A DNA stretch of 64,000 bases from Sphingobacteriales bacterium JAD_PAG50586_3 (GCA_023213195.1 CP096135.1:404923-468922); one strand, 5' to 3'. Numbered from the stretch's first letter, positions 41,987 to 53,204 are shown. Program-made: numbers and translations. The notes: generated by a model from the sequence alone, not told the origin.

Positions 41987-42946
41987 TTACTTAGCTACGG
42001 TAAATTTACCTGTACGTAATAAGCTATTGCCTGTTTTAACGGCGTAAATGTACATGCCTGATACTAAGCCCGACACATCGGCCCTAGACATCATTTGGCT
42101 TACATTGATAGACTGCACACGGCGGCCTGTCATATCGTAAAGTTCAACAACTACGGGGCTGTTTACAAACTGGTGGCCTGTGCAAAGTATAGAAACCTCA
42201 TCGCGCACAGGGTTTGGGTACATTTTAAAATCGAACTTGTTAGCAGAGTTTTCATCTACTGCAGTAGTTAAAATGCTAAAATCGTCTATAAACAAGGTGC
42301 TACCGGGTGCAGGCTCTTGTGTTGGTATTTGGTTACCAAGTATAGCAAGTGCCCTGTAGCTTGAAAAAGCTATGATAGATAATGTATCAGGGTCGCCGTT
42401 ATCAAAGTAGTTAATAGTCATGTTGCCCAAAGTGTAGTTAGGCTCAGTTGTATTGATAGATGAAAGCGCCTTACCAACGGTAACTTGTTGGTTAGTATTG
42501 TTATCCCAACGGGTTAAAGAAATAAGTACACCGGCAGAATCGCCACCAACAGAGGTGTATTTGTACCAAAAGTTAGCAGATGTTGGGCGCTGAGAATAAG
42601 GAACACCTAAAGTACCCAAGCCAAGGTTACCTAATAACATAAAGCCGGGAAAGGTGTCTTGAGGGAATACTTGACCCAATTGAGGAAAACCGCTAAAATC
42701 AGGGTCGCCAGCCAGGGTAGTAAGCTTAGCCGCGTATTGGCCAGCATGTGCATCGGTAGATTTTTCACAGGTAATAGGAAAGCCGGGGGCTACAGTGCTA
42801 AATACGTTTAAAGAGCTCCAAGATGTTGGTTCTTCATAGGTTTGGCTGTTAACCCACGATTCAAATGTAGCATTAGGCGGAACCTGACCAAAAACAAAGC
42901 CCGTACCTGCTACTAATGCAACAAGGGTAATAATTACTTTTTTCAT
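41987..42946 (-). CDS. T9SS type A substrate with PCMD-like (putative carbohydrate metabolism) domain
   Basis: NATFESW, AAKLTT, RPTSANFWYKY, STLFIDD; MYPNP CTD. Confidence 0.7.
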   Translation of the reverse strand: MKKVIITLVALVAGTGFVFGQVPPNATFESWVNSQTYEEPTSWSSLNVFSTVAPGFPITCEKSTDAHAGQYAAKLTTLAGDPDFSGFPQLGQVFPQDTFPGFMLLGNLGLGTLGVPYSQRPTSANFWYKYTSVGGDSAGVLISLTRWDNNTNQQVTVGKALSSINTTEPNYTLGNMTINYFDNGDPDTLSIIAFSSYRALAILGNQIPTQEPAPGSTLFIDDFSILTTAVDENSANKFDFKMYPNPVRDEVSILCTGHQFVNSPVVVELYDMTGRRVQSINVSQMMSRADVSGLVSGMYIYAVKTGNSLLRTGKFTVAK

Positions 42947-42990
42947 TTTTCGTTGTTAAATATGGTTTTTCAACGGCAAATGTAGAAAAA

Positions 42991-44814
42991 TCAATGAAAA
43001 GCCTGCAAATCGCACAAGCGTTTGTATAAGCCAGCCTTGCCTATCAACTCATTATGGGTACCGCGCTCTACTATTTCGCCATCGTTAAGCACTATAATCT
43101 CGTCGGCATTTTGTATGGTAGACAAACGGTGTGCAATTACAATAGAGGTGCGGGTTTTCATTAAAACCGTAAGGGCATCCTGTACCAGTTTTTCCGACTC
43201 CGTATCAAGCGCCGAAGTTGCCTCATCCAATATCAGTATTGGTGGATTTTTAAGAACAGCACGCGCTATGCTTAATCGCTGCCTTTGCCCACCCGATAGC
43301 TTGGTGCCCCTGTCGCCAATATTGTAGTTGTACTCCCCATCTAACCTAGCAATAAACTCCTGGGCGTTGGCAATGCGGCCTGCCTCTTCAATTTCTGCCT
43401 GAGTAGCCCCTTGTTTGCCCAATAGTATGTTATTAGCCACACTATCATTAAACAATACCGTTTCTTGCGACACCACGCCTATTAAACGGCGTAGTGATTG
43501 TATACTAAGGTCTTTAACATTATTGCCATCAATAAGTAGTTTCCCTTCGCTACAATCGTAAAAGCGCGGCAGCAAATCGGCCAGGGTGGTTTTACCCGCG
43601 CCCGATGGGCCAACCAATGCAATGGTTTTGCCTTTTTCTATTTTCAGGTTGATGTTGTTCAACACGTTTTTGGTGTTGTACTTAAAGCTGAGATTTTTAT
43701 ACTCTATGGCATGCTCAAAATCAGTAATGGTAATGGGATTAGTCTTTTCGGCCACGGTGTCTTCGGCATCCAGAATATGGTCTATACGGTCTAACGATGC
43801 AAAGCCTTTTTGCAGATTATACCAAGCCGATGTAAGGGCTTTTGCGGGATTGAGTATTTGCGAGAACAAGGCGATGAAAAAGATGAACTCTTCGGGGTTA
43901 AGCTTATTATTGCCTTGCAGGATAAGGCTGCCGCCTATCCATATCAGTATTACCATTACAGTAGTGCCTAAAAACTCGCTTAGGGGCGATGCTAAATCCC
44001 TACGGCGGTAAATGGTGTTTTGCAGGCGGGTAAAGGCGCTGTTTTCGGCCTTAAACTTATCTTTCATTTGCCCCTCGGCAGTAAAGCCTTTAATAATGCG
44101 CAGGCCACCCAGGGTTTCATCTATCAGGCTTAATATTTCGCCCAGTTTGCTTTGCCCCCGGCCCGATGCCTTTTTTAGTGTTTTGCCTAACCTGCCTATC
44201 AGCAAACCGGCTATAGGCAATAATACTAATGATGTTATAGTTAACTCAGGGCTTACAAAATATAGCATGCCCAATGTTATTAGTATGCTTAATGGTTCAC
44301 GATAAACCATCTCAAGCCCACTCATTATAGACCATTCTACTTCGGCTACATCGCTGGTGGTGCGAGACATTATATCGCCTTTACGCTCATCAGAAAAATA
44401 GCCCAGCGGCAGGCCCAAAATCTTGTTGTATACCTTTTGGCGAAGGTCAGATACTACCCCATTGCGCACGGGGGCCAAAAAGTACATGGTCAGGTAGCGG
44501 AACAGGTTTTTTAAGAAGAAAAGTGTTACTATGCCAAAGCACAGCATTAGCAGGGCATATTGCTGCCCATACAGGTTTATAAAACCGCTTAGCTGCCCAT
44601 AAAAATACTGTTTGGCGCTTTGCATGCTGCCGGCAGCAGCAGGGGTTAAGGTTTGGGTAGTATCTTCAAGCTTAAAAATAAGGCGCAAAAAGGGTATTAC
44701 CATAGCAATGGTAAACAGCCCAAATATTACCGATAAGATGTTGAACACTATATTAAGCCATACATACTTGCTGTATGGGCGCGTATAGGCAAACAACCTT
44801 TTAAACTTATTCAT
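42991..44814 (-). CDS. ABC transporter ATP-binding/permease protein (MsbA-like)
   Basis: TM domain plus GPSGAGKT, LSGGQRQR, ILILDEATSALD. Confidence 0.92.
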   Translation of the reverse strand: MNKFKRLFAYTRPYSKYVWLNIVFNILSVIFGLFTIAMVIPFLRLIFKLEDTTQTLTPAAAGSMQSAKQYFYGQLSGFINLYGQQYALLMLCFGIVTLFFLKNLFRYLTMYFLAPVRNGVVSDLRQKVYNKILGLPLGYFSDERKGDIMSRTTSDVAEVEWSIMSGLEMVYREPLSILITLGMLYFVSPELTITSLVLLPIAGLLIGRLGKTLKKASGRGQSKLGEILSLIDETLGGLRIIKGFTAEGQMKDKFKAENSAFTRLQNTIYRRRDLASPLSEFLGTTVMVILIWIGGSLILQGNNKLNPEEFIFFIALFSQILNPAKALTSAWYNLQKGFASLDRIDHILDAEDTVAEKTNPITITDFEHAIEYKNLSFKYNTKNVLNNINLKIEKGKTIALVGPSGAGKTTLADLLPRFYDCSEGKLLIDGNNVKDLSIQSLRRLIGVVSQETVLFNDSVANNILLGKQGATQAEIEEAGRIANAQEFIARLDGEYNYNIGDRGTKLSGGQRQRLSIARAVLKNPPILILDEATSALDTESEKLVQDALTVLMKTRTSIVIAHRLSTIQNADEIIVLNDGEIVERGTHNELIGKAGLYKRLCDLQAFH

Positions 44815-44836
44815 TAACTACAAAGGTATGGAAAAC

Positions 44837-44866
44837 AAAAGTCCCGCCTATAACAGACGGGACTTT
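44837..44866. terminator. Intrinsic terminator
   Basis: AAAGTCCCG/CGGGACTTT. Confidence 0.7.
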
Positions 44867-44888
44867 GAGTATATTATTGTAATACGTG

Positions 44889-47800
44889 TTATTTAGAAAC
44901 AATTACCCTCTCTGTACGAGAGCCTTTTTCAGTAACAATCTGGAACAGGTAAACACCAGAAGAAAGCGAACTTAAATCGTACGATTTTTGGAACGCTCCG
45001 CTAAAGTTGTTCATGCTGTCGCCCAATAATTGCTGGCCTAGCATATTCATAACCCTAATATCAATGGCTTGGTTGCTGGTAGAGTTAAAACGTACCTGCA
45101 GCATACCATCTGTTGGGTTTGGATAAACGGTAAATTTCTCAATATCTAACTCAGGCAAGCCAACGGTTTTAACAGGTACCACAATGGTGTACTCGTCTTC
45201 GCCGCAGCTATTGGTAACTGTTAAAGTAACAGTGTAATCGCCGGGGGCAGGGAAGGTATGTGTTGGGTTTTGAGTATTAGCAGAACCGCCATCGCCAAAA
45301 TCCCAATCATATGTAGTGCCGTTGAAAGAGAAATCGTAGAAATTCATATCTAACGAGTTGCTTTGCTGGCCGTAGTTAAAGTCGGCAATAGGAGGGAATT
45401 CTACAGCAACAGTAACACTGTCTGTAGCCACGCAACCATACTCATCGGCTACCTGTACGGTGTAAGTACCGCTTTGGGTAACTTCTATGCCTTGTGTGGT
45501 AGAACCGCTACCCCATAGGTAAGAGTATGCAGGGTTTACAGATAGTGAAACGCTATCGCCCAAGCAGAATAATAGTGGGCCATCAGCACTTATTAACGCG
45601 CTGATAGTTGAGTAGCTAACATCTACAGAGTCTACAAACTCGCAACCTAAAGAGTTTTGTACGGTAATAACGTACGTGCCCGGTGCGGTTACGTTAAGCG
45701 TTTGCGATTGTACGTTGCCCGGATTCCAGGTGTAGCTAGTGTAGCCTGCGCCTGCATCAAGGGTAGTGTTAATATTAGTACCTGTACAGAAAACAGTTAC
45801 ATCGCCAATAATAGGTGCTGCAACAAATGTATCAGGAACCAATGCTACAGTAACAGTATTGGTAGCAGAACCAATGCAACCATCGGCGCTGGTAACAGTA
45901 ACGCTGTACTGGCCGCTGCCGGTAACGGTAATGGTTTGTGTATTTTCATTACCCGGAGCCCAGTTGTAGGCGCTAAAACCAGAACCTGCATCAAGGGTAA
46001 CATCACCACCATTACATAGTGTAGTACTGCCGTTGGTAGTAATAAGCGGTGCAGGAACATCGTATACAATATATTGTTGAGACTGGGTATTGCTACAGCC
46101 ATTACCATCAGTATAAGTATAGGTTACGGTTGATGTGCCAAGCGGCGCATCGGCAGGGTTAAAGGTGCTGCCAGATATGCCTTGGCCTACAAAGATACCA
46201 CCACCGGGGAAACCGAAGATAGGTACAGCAACATCGTTAGCGCAAAGGGTATTATCGCTGGTAGCTACACCAACCACAGGTAACGCGTTAACAACCAGAG
46301 TAACTGCGCTGCGTGAGCTGCTAGAGCAGTTGCCAACGCCAACACCTTCTACATAGTAAGTATAAGTGCCGGGGGCATTAATGGTAGGTACGTAGTTAGA
46401 GCTGTTACCTTGTAACAAGGTACCACTTACAGCGGCGTCGTACCAGTTGAATGTAACGTTGGTGCCCGATGCTGAAAGTGTTGGAGGATTGTCGCCAATA
46501 CATATTGCTGCAGGTTGTGCTACAGTAGGTGCCGGTGGAACAGGGTTAACAATTACCGTAACCGCTGTGCGTGTGCTGGCACAAGATGATTGACCAACCT
46601 CTTCGGCATAGTAAGTATAAGTACCCGGGGTACTAATTGCGGGGGTAAATACAGAGCTGTTGGCCTGTAGTAAAGAACCACCAAGAGCAGCATCGTACCA
46701 ATTGATAGTGCCACCGGTGCCGGCAGCGCTAAGTTGTGGTATAGGAGCGCCTTCGCAAATAGCGGCAGGCGATACGGCAACAGGGGCAGTTGGGTTATCT
46801 ACAATAGTAACACCAAATGTTTGTGATGCAGGACATGGCCCTGGAGATGTGTATGTTACAGTATAAGGTATACCGGTAGTAGTTAAGTTAAGGGTAATCT
46901 CGCCTGTTAAGTTGTTTATGTTTAAGCCGGTAGGTGTAGAAGTAAAATTACCACCCGCTGTACCTGTAACAACAGGTGTTGGGTTAGGACCGTCTTGGCA
47001 GTATACCGCGCTAGAGAAGCTGAATGTTGCGTCTTGCGCAGGCGCTACTGTTAGTTGTTGTGTTGATGTTGATGGGCATGCACCGGCGGTTACATAAGTA
47101 ATAGTATAGGTACCGGGGGTTGATGCATTTAAATCTACCACACCGTTTGCAGCTGTAATGGCTAAACCGGCAGGGTTAGAAGTAAAATTGCCACCGTTAA
47201 GCACAATAAACGGTGTTACCGTGCCAGAGCCTTGGCATAAGCTTGGGCCTGAATAGCTAAATGTTGCATTATCAGCATTAACAATAGTTACTGTTTGGTT
47301 TTGTGTGCCCGGGCAAGCACCTGGTGTAGTATAGGTTACTGTGTAGGTGCCGGCAGTGCTGGCAGCCACGTTTATTTGACCTGTTGCACTGTTTATAGAA
47401 AGGCCACCTGGAGCCGCTGTAAACGTACCACCGGGAGTACCCGATATGGTAGGCGTTGGGTCTGAACCATTTTTACAATATGATATTGCACCGTAGCTGT
47501 ATGCAGCATTGCCTGTTTGGTTAACTGTAAATGTATACGGTGTGCGTGCAATACTTGGGCAGGCATTATCTACCTGTACATAAACTGTGTATGTGCCCGG
47601 TGTGTTAACCGTGTAGCTGTTGCCGGTAAATAATAATGTACCGCCCGATGCAGCGTTGTACCAGTTGTAAGAGCCACCGTAGGTAGCGCCTGTAGCTGTT
47701 ATTGTAACAGAGCCACAGCCCGACGTTGGGCCGCTAACTGTTGGCAATGCCGGGGTGTAGTAAGAACTAAAGCGTACGCCATAGTTACCGCAGTTGCCAC

Positions 47801-48326
47801 CGCCCTGGCCTACAATTTCTGTTTGGTTCCAAACGCAGGGTGGGCCCTGGTTGCGGAAATCTATATCGCCACCTACTTGTTGCGGGCCGCAATGGTTATC
47901 GTCTTCGTCTAAACAAATTGATGAACAATCATAATCGCAATCGTTACCAGAATCTTCTTCCCAACCTTCAAGCCTAACTTGAAAGTATTGTGGAACGTTA
48001 ACACCATAAGTATAGTTAAGTGTTGGACCCCAGTTGGTTGGGCCAGACCATATTGGAAAACCACCGCCACCCGATGGTCCTATCCACTGAAAGCAGGCAC
48101 CGCCTACCCAGTCTGTACCGTCAAGGTTTGCGGCATCTCTAAACCATACTTTATCACGCTCTTCGGTGTTATCAAGTACGTCGTCGTAGTTGCCTTTCCA
48201 AAAGGCATCGGCCTTAATTTGTAAATTAACCGGACCGTTGCTTACCTGCTGTGCATTTGCTGCAAAGCTAATAGCCAAAAGGGCCAGTAGTGTAATCGGT
48301 TTAATTAGCTTGTATAACTTTTTCAT
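44889..48326 (-). CDS. Large T9SS adhesin-like protein (unknown Cys/Asp-rich N-domain, Ig-like repeats, PKD, CTD)
   Basis: Signal peptide from ATG 48326; INWYDAA..GG and G.YTVTYT repeats; WDFGDG PKD; VYPNP CTD. Confidence 0.85.
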   Translation of the reverse strand: MKKLYKLIKPITLLALLAISFAANAQQVSNGPVNLQIKADAFWKGNYDDVLDNTEERDKVWFRDAANLDGTDWVGGACFQWIGPSGGGGFPIWSGPTNWGPTLNYTYGVNVPQYFQVRLEGWEEDSGNDCDYDCSSICLDEDDNHCGPQQVGGDIDFRNQGPPCVWNQTEIVGQGGGNCGNYGVRFSSYYTPALPTVSGPTSGCGSVTITATGATYGGSYNWYNAASGGTLLFTGNSYTVNTPGTYTVYVQVDNACPSIARTPYTFTVNQTGNAAYSYGAISYCKNGSDPTPTISGTPGGTFTAAPGGLSINSATGQINVAASTAGTYTVTYTTPGACPGTQNQTVTIVNADNATFSYSGPSLCQGSGTVTPFIVLNGGNFTSNPAGLAITAANGVVDLNASTPGTYTITYVTAGACPSTSTQQLTVAPAQDATFSFSSAVYCQDGPNPTPVVTGTAGGNFTSTPTGLNINNLTGEITLNLTTTGIPYTVTYTSPGPCPASQTFGVTIVDNPTAPVAVSPAAICEGAPIPQLSAAGTGGTINWYDAALGGSLLQANSSVFTPAISTPGTYTYYAEEVGQSSCASTRTAVTVIVNPVPPAPTVAQPAAICIGDNPPTLSASGTNVTFNWYDAAVSGTLLQGNSSNYVPTINAPGTYTYYVEGVGVGNCSSSSRSAVTLVVNALPVVGVATSDNTLCANDVAVPIFGFPGGGIFVGQGISGSTFNPADAPLGTSTVTYTYTDGNGCSNTQSQQYIVYDVPAPLITTNGSTTLCNGGDVTLDAGSGFSAYNWAPGNENTQTITVTGSGQYSVTVTSADGCIGSATNTVTVALVPDTFVAAPIIGDVTVFCTGTNINTTLDAGAGYTSYTWNPGNVQSQTLNVTAPGTYVITVQNSLGCEFVDSVDVSYSTISALISADGPLLFCLGDSVSLSVNPAYSYLWGSGSTTQGIEVTQSGTYTVQVADEYGCVATDSVTVAVEFPPIADFNYGQQSNSLDMNFYDFSFNGTTYDWDFGDGGSANTQNPTHTFPAPGDYTVTLTVTNSCGEDEYTIVVPVKTVGLPELDIEKFTVYPNPTDGMLQVRFNSTSNQAIDIRVMNMLGQQLLGDSMNNFSGAFQKSYDLSSLSSGVYLFQIVTEKGSRTERVIVSK

Positions 48327-48367
48327 AGGCTGTATAAAAAATAAACTGTATAAAAATATTGTATTCT

Positions 48368-48757
48368 TCAATTATATCCAAACATTATCCTATTATATTC
48401 ATCGGGCACGGTTGGCGGGTTTTTCTTATATTCTTCTAATGTTACGTTGCCCGGATAAAATTTTGGCAGCGGGCCGTATTTTTTTGTGTATTGTTTTGTA
48501 TTGTATAACAGGTACCAGTGCTGCGTGCGGCGCTGGTAGGTAAGGCTGTCGGCCTGCGGGTTGCCGCTGTCTAAAAACAGGGGTTGGCGGTCGGTAACCG
48601 GGTAAGCGAAAAATTTTTCCAGAGCAAATACGTTAAAGGTATAGGCAGATGAGGCAGTTACAGCGGTTTGCTTTGGTGTTTTGCATGCAACGCCCATAGC
48701 CAGCAAGCCAAAAAAGGCCGCAAACAAGTAAAAGTTGACTAATCCCGAAAATCGCAT
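48368..48757 (-). CDS. Hypothetical lipoprotein
   Basis: Lipobox GVAC. Confidence 0.55.
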   Translation of the reverse strand: MRFSGLVNFYLFAAFFGLLAMGVACKTPKQTAVTASSAYTFNVFALEKFFAYPVTDRQPLFLDSGNPQADSLTYQRRTQHWYLLYNTKQYTKKYGPLPKFYPGNVTLEEYKKNPPTVPDEYNRIMFGYN

Positions 48758-48883
48758 TTGGCAAACATAGCAATTGGTAAGGCAACAAACAAAGGTTTTT
48801 GATATATTTAAAATAAGATTTACGGTTAATTGTACTTTACGCTAAATTTGTCCCTAATTATTAAAATCAGATAAGAAAAAAGA

Positions 48884-49504
48884 ATGAAAAACCTATCGTT
48901 AATATTAAATGGTGTTTTGGTTATTGCCGTAGCCGTATTGTTTTACCTGCATTTTACCAGTGCTAAAGGTGGTGCCGAAAGTGTTGACCTAAGTGCAGAC
49001 ACAACAGTAGTTAACGCTAAGGGCAAGGCTATTGTATATGTTGATAGCGACTCTCTATTAAAGGGTTACGACTACAGCAAAAAAGTACAAGACGACCTTG
49101 CCGTAAAGAAAACCGCAATGGAAAACACCATTAAAGGCAAACAAACTGCTTTTGATAATAAGCTGCGCGAGTACCAAACCAAAATGGACTACCTAACCCC
49201 GGCAGAGCGCGCTAAAACCGAGAATGACCTTAAAAATATGCAAATGGATGGCGAAAAAACCATGTACGACCTACAAGGTAAATTCCAGACCGATGCTGCT
49301 GCGCTTAACGAGCAGTTGCTTTTTAAGGTTGAAGACTTTTTAAAAGGTTATGCTAAGGCCAACGGCCATATATACGTTATACAAACATCGCGCGGCATAG
49401 GCCCTGTATTATATGGCGACCCTCAACTTAATGTAACTTCGGATGTTATAAATAAGCTTAACGAGGTTTACAAAAAAGAACTAGAAGCGGGAGGCACCAA
49501 GTAA
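48884..49504 (+). CDS. OmpH/Skp family outer-membrane chaperone
   Basis: IVYVDSDSLL, coiled-coil body, VLYGDPQLNVT..VINKLN; TAAATTTG promoter near 48843. Confidence 0.85.
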   Translation: MKNLSLILNGVLVIAVAVLFYLHFTSAKGGAESVDLSADTTVVNAKGKAIVYVDSDSLLKGYDYSKKVQDDLAVKKTAMENTIKGKQTAFDNKLREYQTKMDYLTPAERAKTENDLKNMQMDGEKTMYDLQGKFQTDAAALNEQLLFKVEDFLKGYAKANGHIYVIQTSRGIGPVLYGDPQLNVTSDVINKLNEVYKKELEAGGTK

Positions 49505-49505
49505 A

Positions 49506-49921
49506 ATGACTCTTTACGAGTTAAATAAACACCAGCCCATATTATTTTACGATGGGGTTTGCAACCTCTGCAACTACTGGGTAAAGTTTGTTCTTAAAAA
49601 GAAAAACATCCGGTGTTAACCTTTGCCGCCCTGCAATCTGCGGCGGGCGATGCTGTTAAGGCCACATTTGGCAACAACCCCGTACCCGACTCGTTAATGG
49701 TATATGTAAATGGCAAGGTGTACGTAAAGTCTGACGCTGCTTTGCAATTGGTAAAACACCTGCGTGGCGGCTGGCCTTTGCTGGCTGGGCTTTACATCTT
49801 CCCCAAATTTATCCGCAACTGGGTGTACGATATTATTGCACGTAACCGCTACCGCTGGTTTGGCGAGAAAGACGAATGCATGATACCATCTCCCGATGTG
49901 AGAAAACGGTTTTTGATGTAA
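49506..49921 (+). CDS. DCC family (DUF393) thiol-disulfide oxidoreductase, frameshift near 49600
   Basis: Manual start MTLYELNKHQPILFYDGVCNLC; FAALQS; YDIIARNRYRWFG. Confidence 0.88.
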
Positions 49922-49936
49922 TAAAGAGAGTTGCTG

Positions 49937-50111
49937 GTCGCAGGTGACGTTTCACTGAACACCTGCCACGGCAGGAAAATCCCCCTCTAAGAGGGGGTGC
50001 CCGAAGGGCGGGGAGTTTTGTTTTTAAGCAGTACTAACATGCACCCACCACCCCTTTCTCCCGACAACCTATGGTGTCGGGATTCATTCCCTCCTTTGCA
50101 GGAGGGGAGCC
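49937..50111 (+). repeat. Cluster of GTGG-type REP and two family A elements
   Basis: 49937-49969 matches 17645-17677; 49978-50017 and 50041-50111 are family A hairpins. Confidence 0.8.
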
Positions 50112-50129
50112 GTAATTTCCCTGTACTAT

Positions 50130-51419
50130 TTACATCGTCTTCACAAACTCCGTAAGCAGTATATATACCTCTTTAAACTTAGTCATAGGCAGGGTTTCAC
50201 GCTTGTCGTAAATATCGTGGTAGGCTTTTATGCCACCCATTGTGTAGATAAAAAACGCAGGCACACCCTTTTCTACAAACGGGTAATGATCGCTGTTGGC
50301 GGCATTGTTCCGTATTTTAACTTCTTTAAGCAGGTTTAGCTTTTTATTAATTGAAACTAGTGAGTCGAACTTCGCTTTATGCCCTGTACCGTTTACTACG
50401 GTAATGCCATCATCGCCGGTGCCCATAATATCAAGGTTAAGCATAAACTTAATTTTGCCTAGCGGAAAAACAGGTTTGTCTACATAGTTAAAAGAACCTA
50501 AAAGGCCCAATTCTTCCCCACCCCAACCAATAAACACCATGCTGTATTTAGCCGGGTTTTTAGCGTAGTGTTTGGCTAAAGACAGCATCATAGAGCATCC
50601 GCTGGCATTATCGTTAGCGCCGGTAAAAATGGCTTCGGTACCCATAATACCTAAATGGTCGTAGTGGGCAGAGAATACGATAAAACTATCGGGCACTTCT
50701 GTACCCTTTACAAAGCCCAACACATTACGACCTGTATAGTCATCAAAAAACTGGTTTTGTATGTCAATACTAATCTTTTTAGCCTGCTTTTTCTTTGTGA
50801 TAACGCCCGTTAAAAATTCAACTGTAGGGTAATTATCTACCGTGGTAGAAACGCTCCAGGTAAGTTTATCGCGCACAACACCAATGCCTGCCGCGCCAAT
50901 GGTGTTATCGGCTATTACTTTACCTACTATCTTCTTGGTTGTTTCATCGGTAACCCCTTTCATGTTAAACAGCACAAACTTTTTGGGGTACTTTTTACTG
51001 ATAAATTTATCCAACTTAGCACGGTTATTTATGGTGTTACTATCAGCCCACGCTACCTTGTAAGTGCCTTTAACCGTAGGTGTTTCTGGCGATATGATAA
51101 AATCTACTCCGGGAATTAGCTGCCTGTCTTTCAACGCAACCTTTACCTGGTGCGGAAAGGTATTTACAGAGAAATGAAACTGCTGGTAGTAGTTGTTTTT
51201 TTCGAATGGCTGAATATTGTGCTTGAAAAATTCGGTAGCTATCAGGTTTGCTGCATTCTCATCGGCATTGCGGTAATAGCCACGCCCCAAAGAAAAAGGC
51301 GATGCAAGGGTGTCTACCATTAAACGGGCATAAGCACTATCAAAAGGCGCTGTTTGCGCGTTGCCAATTGTGCAGGCAAACAAGCAAACAATCGCTATTA
51401 AGTAATTTAGCTTTCTCAT
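50130..51419 (-). CDS. M28 family metallopeptidase, secreted
   Basis: SAHYDHLG, GANDNASG, GEELGLLGS, NLDIMG, SDH, YHDIYD. Confidence 0.92.
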   Translation of the reverse strand: MRKLNYLIAIVCLFACTIGNAQTAPFDSAYARLMVDTLASPFSLGRGYYRNADENAANLIATEFFKHNIQPFEKNNYYQQFHFSVNTFPHQVKVALKDRQLIPGVDFIISPETPTVKGTYKVAWADSNTINNRAKLDKFISKKYPKKFVLFNMKGVTDETTKKIVGKVIADNTIGAAGIGVVRDKLTWSVSTTVDNYPTVEFLTGVITKKKQAKKISIDIQNQFFDDYTGRNVLGFVKGTEVPDSFIVFSAHYDHLGIMGTEAIFTGANDNASGCSMMLSLAKHYAKNPAKYSMVFIGWGGEELGLLGSFNYVDKPVFPLGKIKFMLNLDIMGTGDDGITVVNGTGHKAKFDSLVSINKKLNLLKEVKIRNNAANSDHYPFVEKGVPAFFIYTMGGIKAYHDIYDKRETLPMTKFKEVYILLTEFVKTM

Positions 51420-51460
51420 ATCAACAGCCAATTTATAACTTTGCATTTAAATAACGTGTT

Positions 51461-52440
51461 GTGCCACACCAATTACAAGAAATAGGCGGCTATGCCCGCA
51501 TGGTAGACGAGCAATTGAAAAACCTGTTGCCCGGTCGCCAACCATTAGGTTTGTACGAACCTATAAACTACACCATAGCCTTGGGTGGCAAACGCCTGCG
51601 CCCTGCGTTGTGTATGTTGGCAGCCCGCACCATTGGCGGCGATGCCACCAAAGCCCTGCACCCTGCATTGGGCATAGAGCTGTTCCACAACTTTACCCTG
51701 CTGCACGATGATATTATGGATGCAGCTCCCCTGCGCCGTGGCGAGCCAACGGTGTATGTAAAGTGGAACACCAACACGGCCATACTATCGGGCGATGCGA
51801 TGTTTGTGCTGGCCTATGAGCAAATAGCAGAAGTAGAACCTACCGTGCTTAAAGCGGTGCTTACCTGTTTTAACAAAACGGCCATAGAGGTATGCGAAGG
51901 CCAACAGCTTGACCTTGACTTTGAAATTTTAGACAGCGTTAGCATTGACGATTACATCAACATGATTACTCTTAAAACAGCGGTGTTGCTGGCAGCATCG
52001 TTAAAAATTGGGGCGCTGGCCGGTGGCGCAAATGCTGACCAAGCCGACCATTTATACCAATTTGGGTTGAATTTGGGCATTGCTTTCCAGTTGCACGATG
52101 ATATTTTGGATGTGTTTGGAGAACCCGAGAAGGTAGGCAAACAACCGGGGGCGATATTATAGCCAACAAAAAAACCTTCTTATACTTAAAGTCTTTAGAA
52201 CTGGCTGATGTTGAAAGCCGCGAAGAGCTTATTGACTGGTACAGTGGCCCTACGTACGATATTAATGCGAAAGTACCTAAGGTAAAAGCCTTGTTTGAAA
52301 AGGTAGGCGTATTGCCACATGCCGAAGCAGAACAAACGCGTTACTACACCATTGCTATTGAGCATTTAAACGCGTTGGAAGGTATTGACACATCGGCCCT
52401 GAAAGACTTTGCCGAAGCGTTGATGGAGCGCGAGCTTTAG
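51461..52440 (+). CDS. Polyprenyl diphosphate synthase (IspA/GGPP synthase family), frameshift in G-run near 52150
   Basis: GGKRLRP, LLHDDIMD, RRG, GQQLD, KT, FQLHDDILD. Confidence 0.93.
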
Positions 52441-53204
52441 CAGCCGCCGTATAGCCTTATGCAAACAACGTTATCGCGCATGCGTTTGTTTATCATCAGG
52501 TCTTCGTTGCACCCATCGGTATTCAATTGCACCTTAAAGCAGTCTGTTTTAGGGTGTTGCACATACTTGGTATACGCATCAGGACTAACACTTTCAGGAA
52601 AATTATTGGCCTTAAAATAATCGCCGGCTTTCTTTATCTGCTCGCGGAATATGTAGGTGGCAATAAGGTAAGCCTCTTCGTTACTAATGCCGGTAATGGT
52701 TACTAGCTCTTCTCCCCACTCGTAGCCAGAGTTGCTAGAGTATACAATGGTTTTATCTTTGTACTTAAATACCTGCGTATAGCTGTCGCTTGTGCCCATG
52801 CCATCCTCATCAGAATAACAATCTGTAAAAGATGATATAAGTAGTGGCGTTAACTGATTAAATGCGGTTTGGCAATATTCTTTCAGGTCTTTACAGCTTT
52901 CTTTAGGGGTAGGTAAAAACGATAAATACCCATCAAAAATAAAACCTGTTTTACCGTTAAAATCAACCTTGGCCCAACAACCCTGCAAACCATCTACCAT
53001 CTTCGATGGATTCATTATTTTATCTGCAAGCACCTTTAGTTTGCTGCCAAAAGGCACAGTAACAACAGCGTCTCCATCAGGCGTAGAACGTAGCTTTAAA
53101 CCCGATGGGGCATGTACAAAAAGCTCATCGCCTTTAGCATATTTATCTATTGAAAAAGCCAGCGTTACCTGTAGGCACAAAACAAATGTTAAAATTGCTT
53201 TCAT
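52437..53204 (-). CDS. Secreted SH3-domain protein
   Basis: Signal peptide, SGLKLRSTP, WAKVDFNGKTGFIFDGYL. Confidence 0.8.
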   Translation of the reverse strand: MKAILTFVLCLQVTLAFSIDKYAKGDELFVHAPSGLKLRSTPDGDAVVTVPFGSKLKVLADKIMNPSKMVDGLQGCWAKVDFNGKTGFIFDGYLSFLPTPKESCKDLKEYCQTAFNQLTPLLISSFTDCYSDEDGMGTSDSYTQVFKYKDKTIVYSSNSGYEWGEELVTITGISNEEAYLIATYIFREQIKKAGDYFKANNFPESVSPDAYTKYVQHPKTDCFKVQLNTDGCNEDLMINKRMRDNVVCIRLYGGC

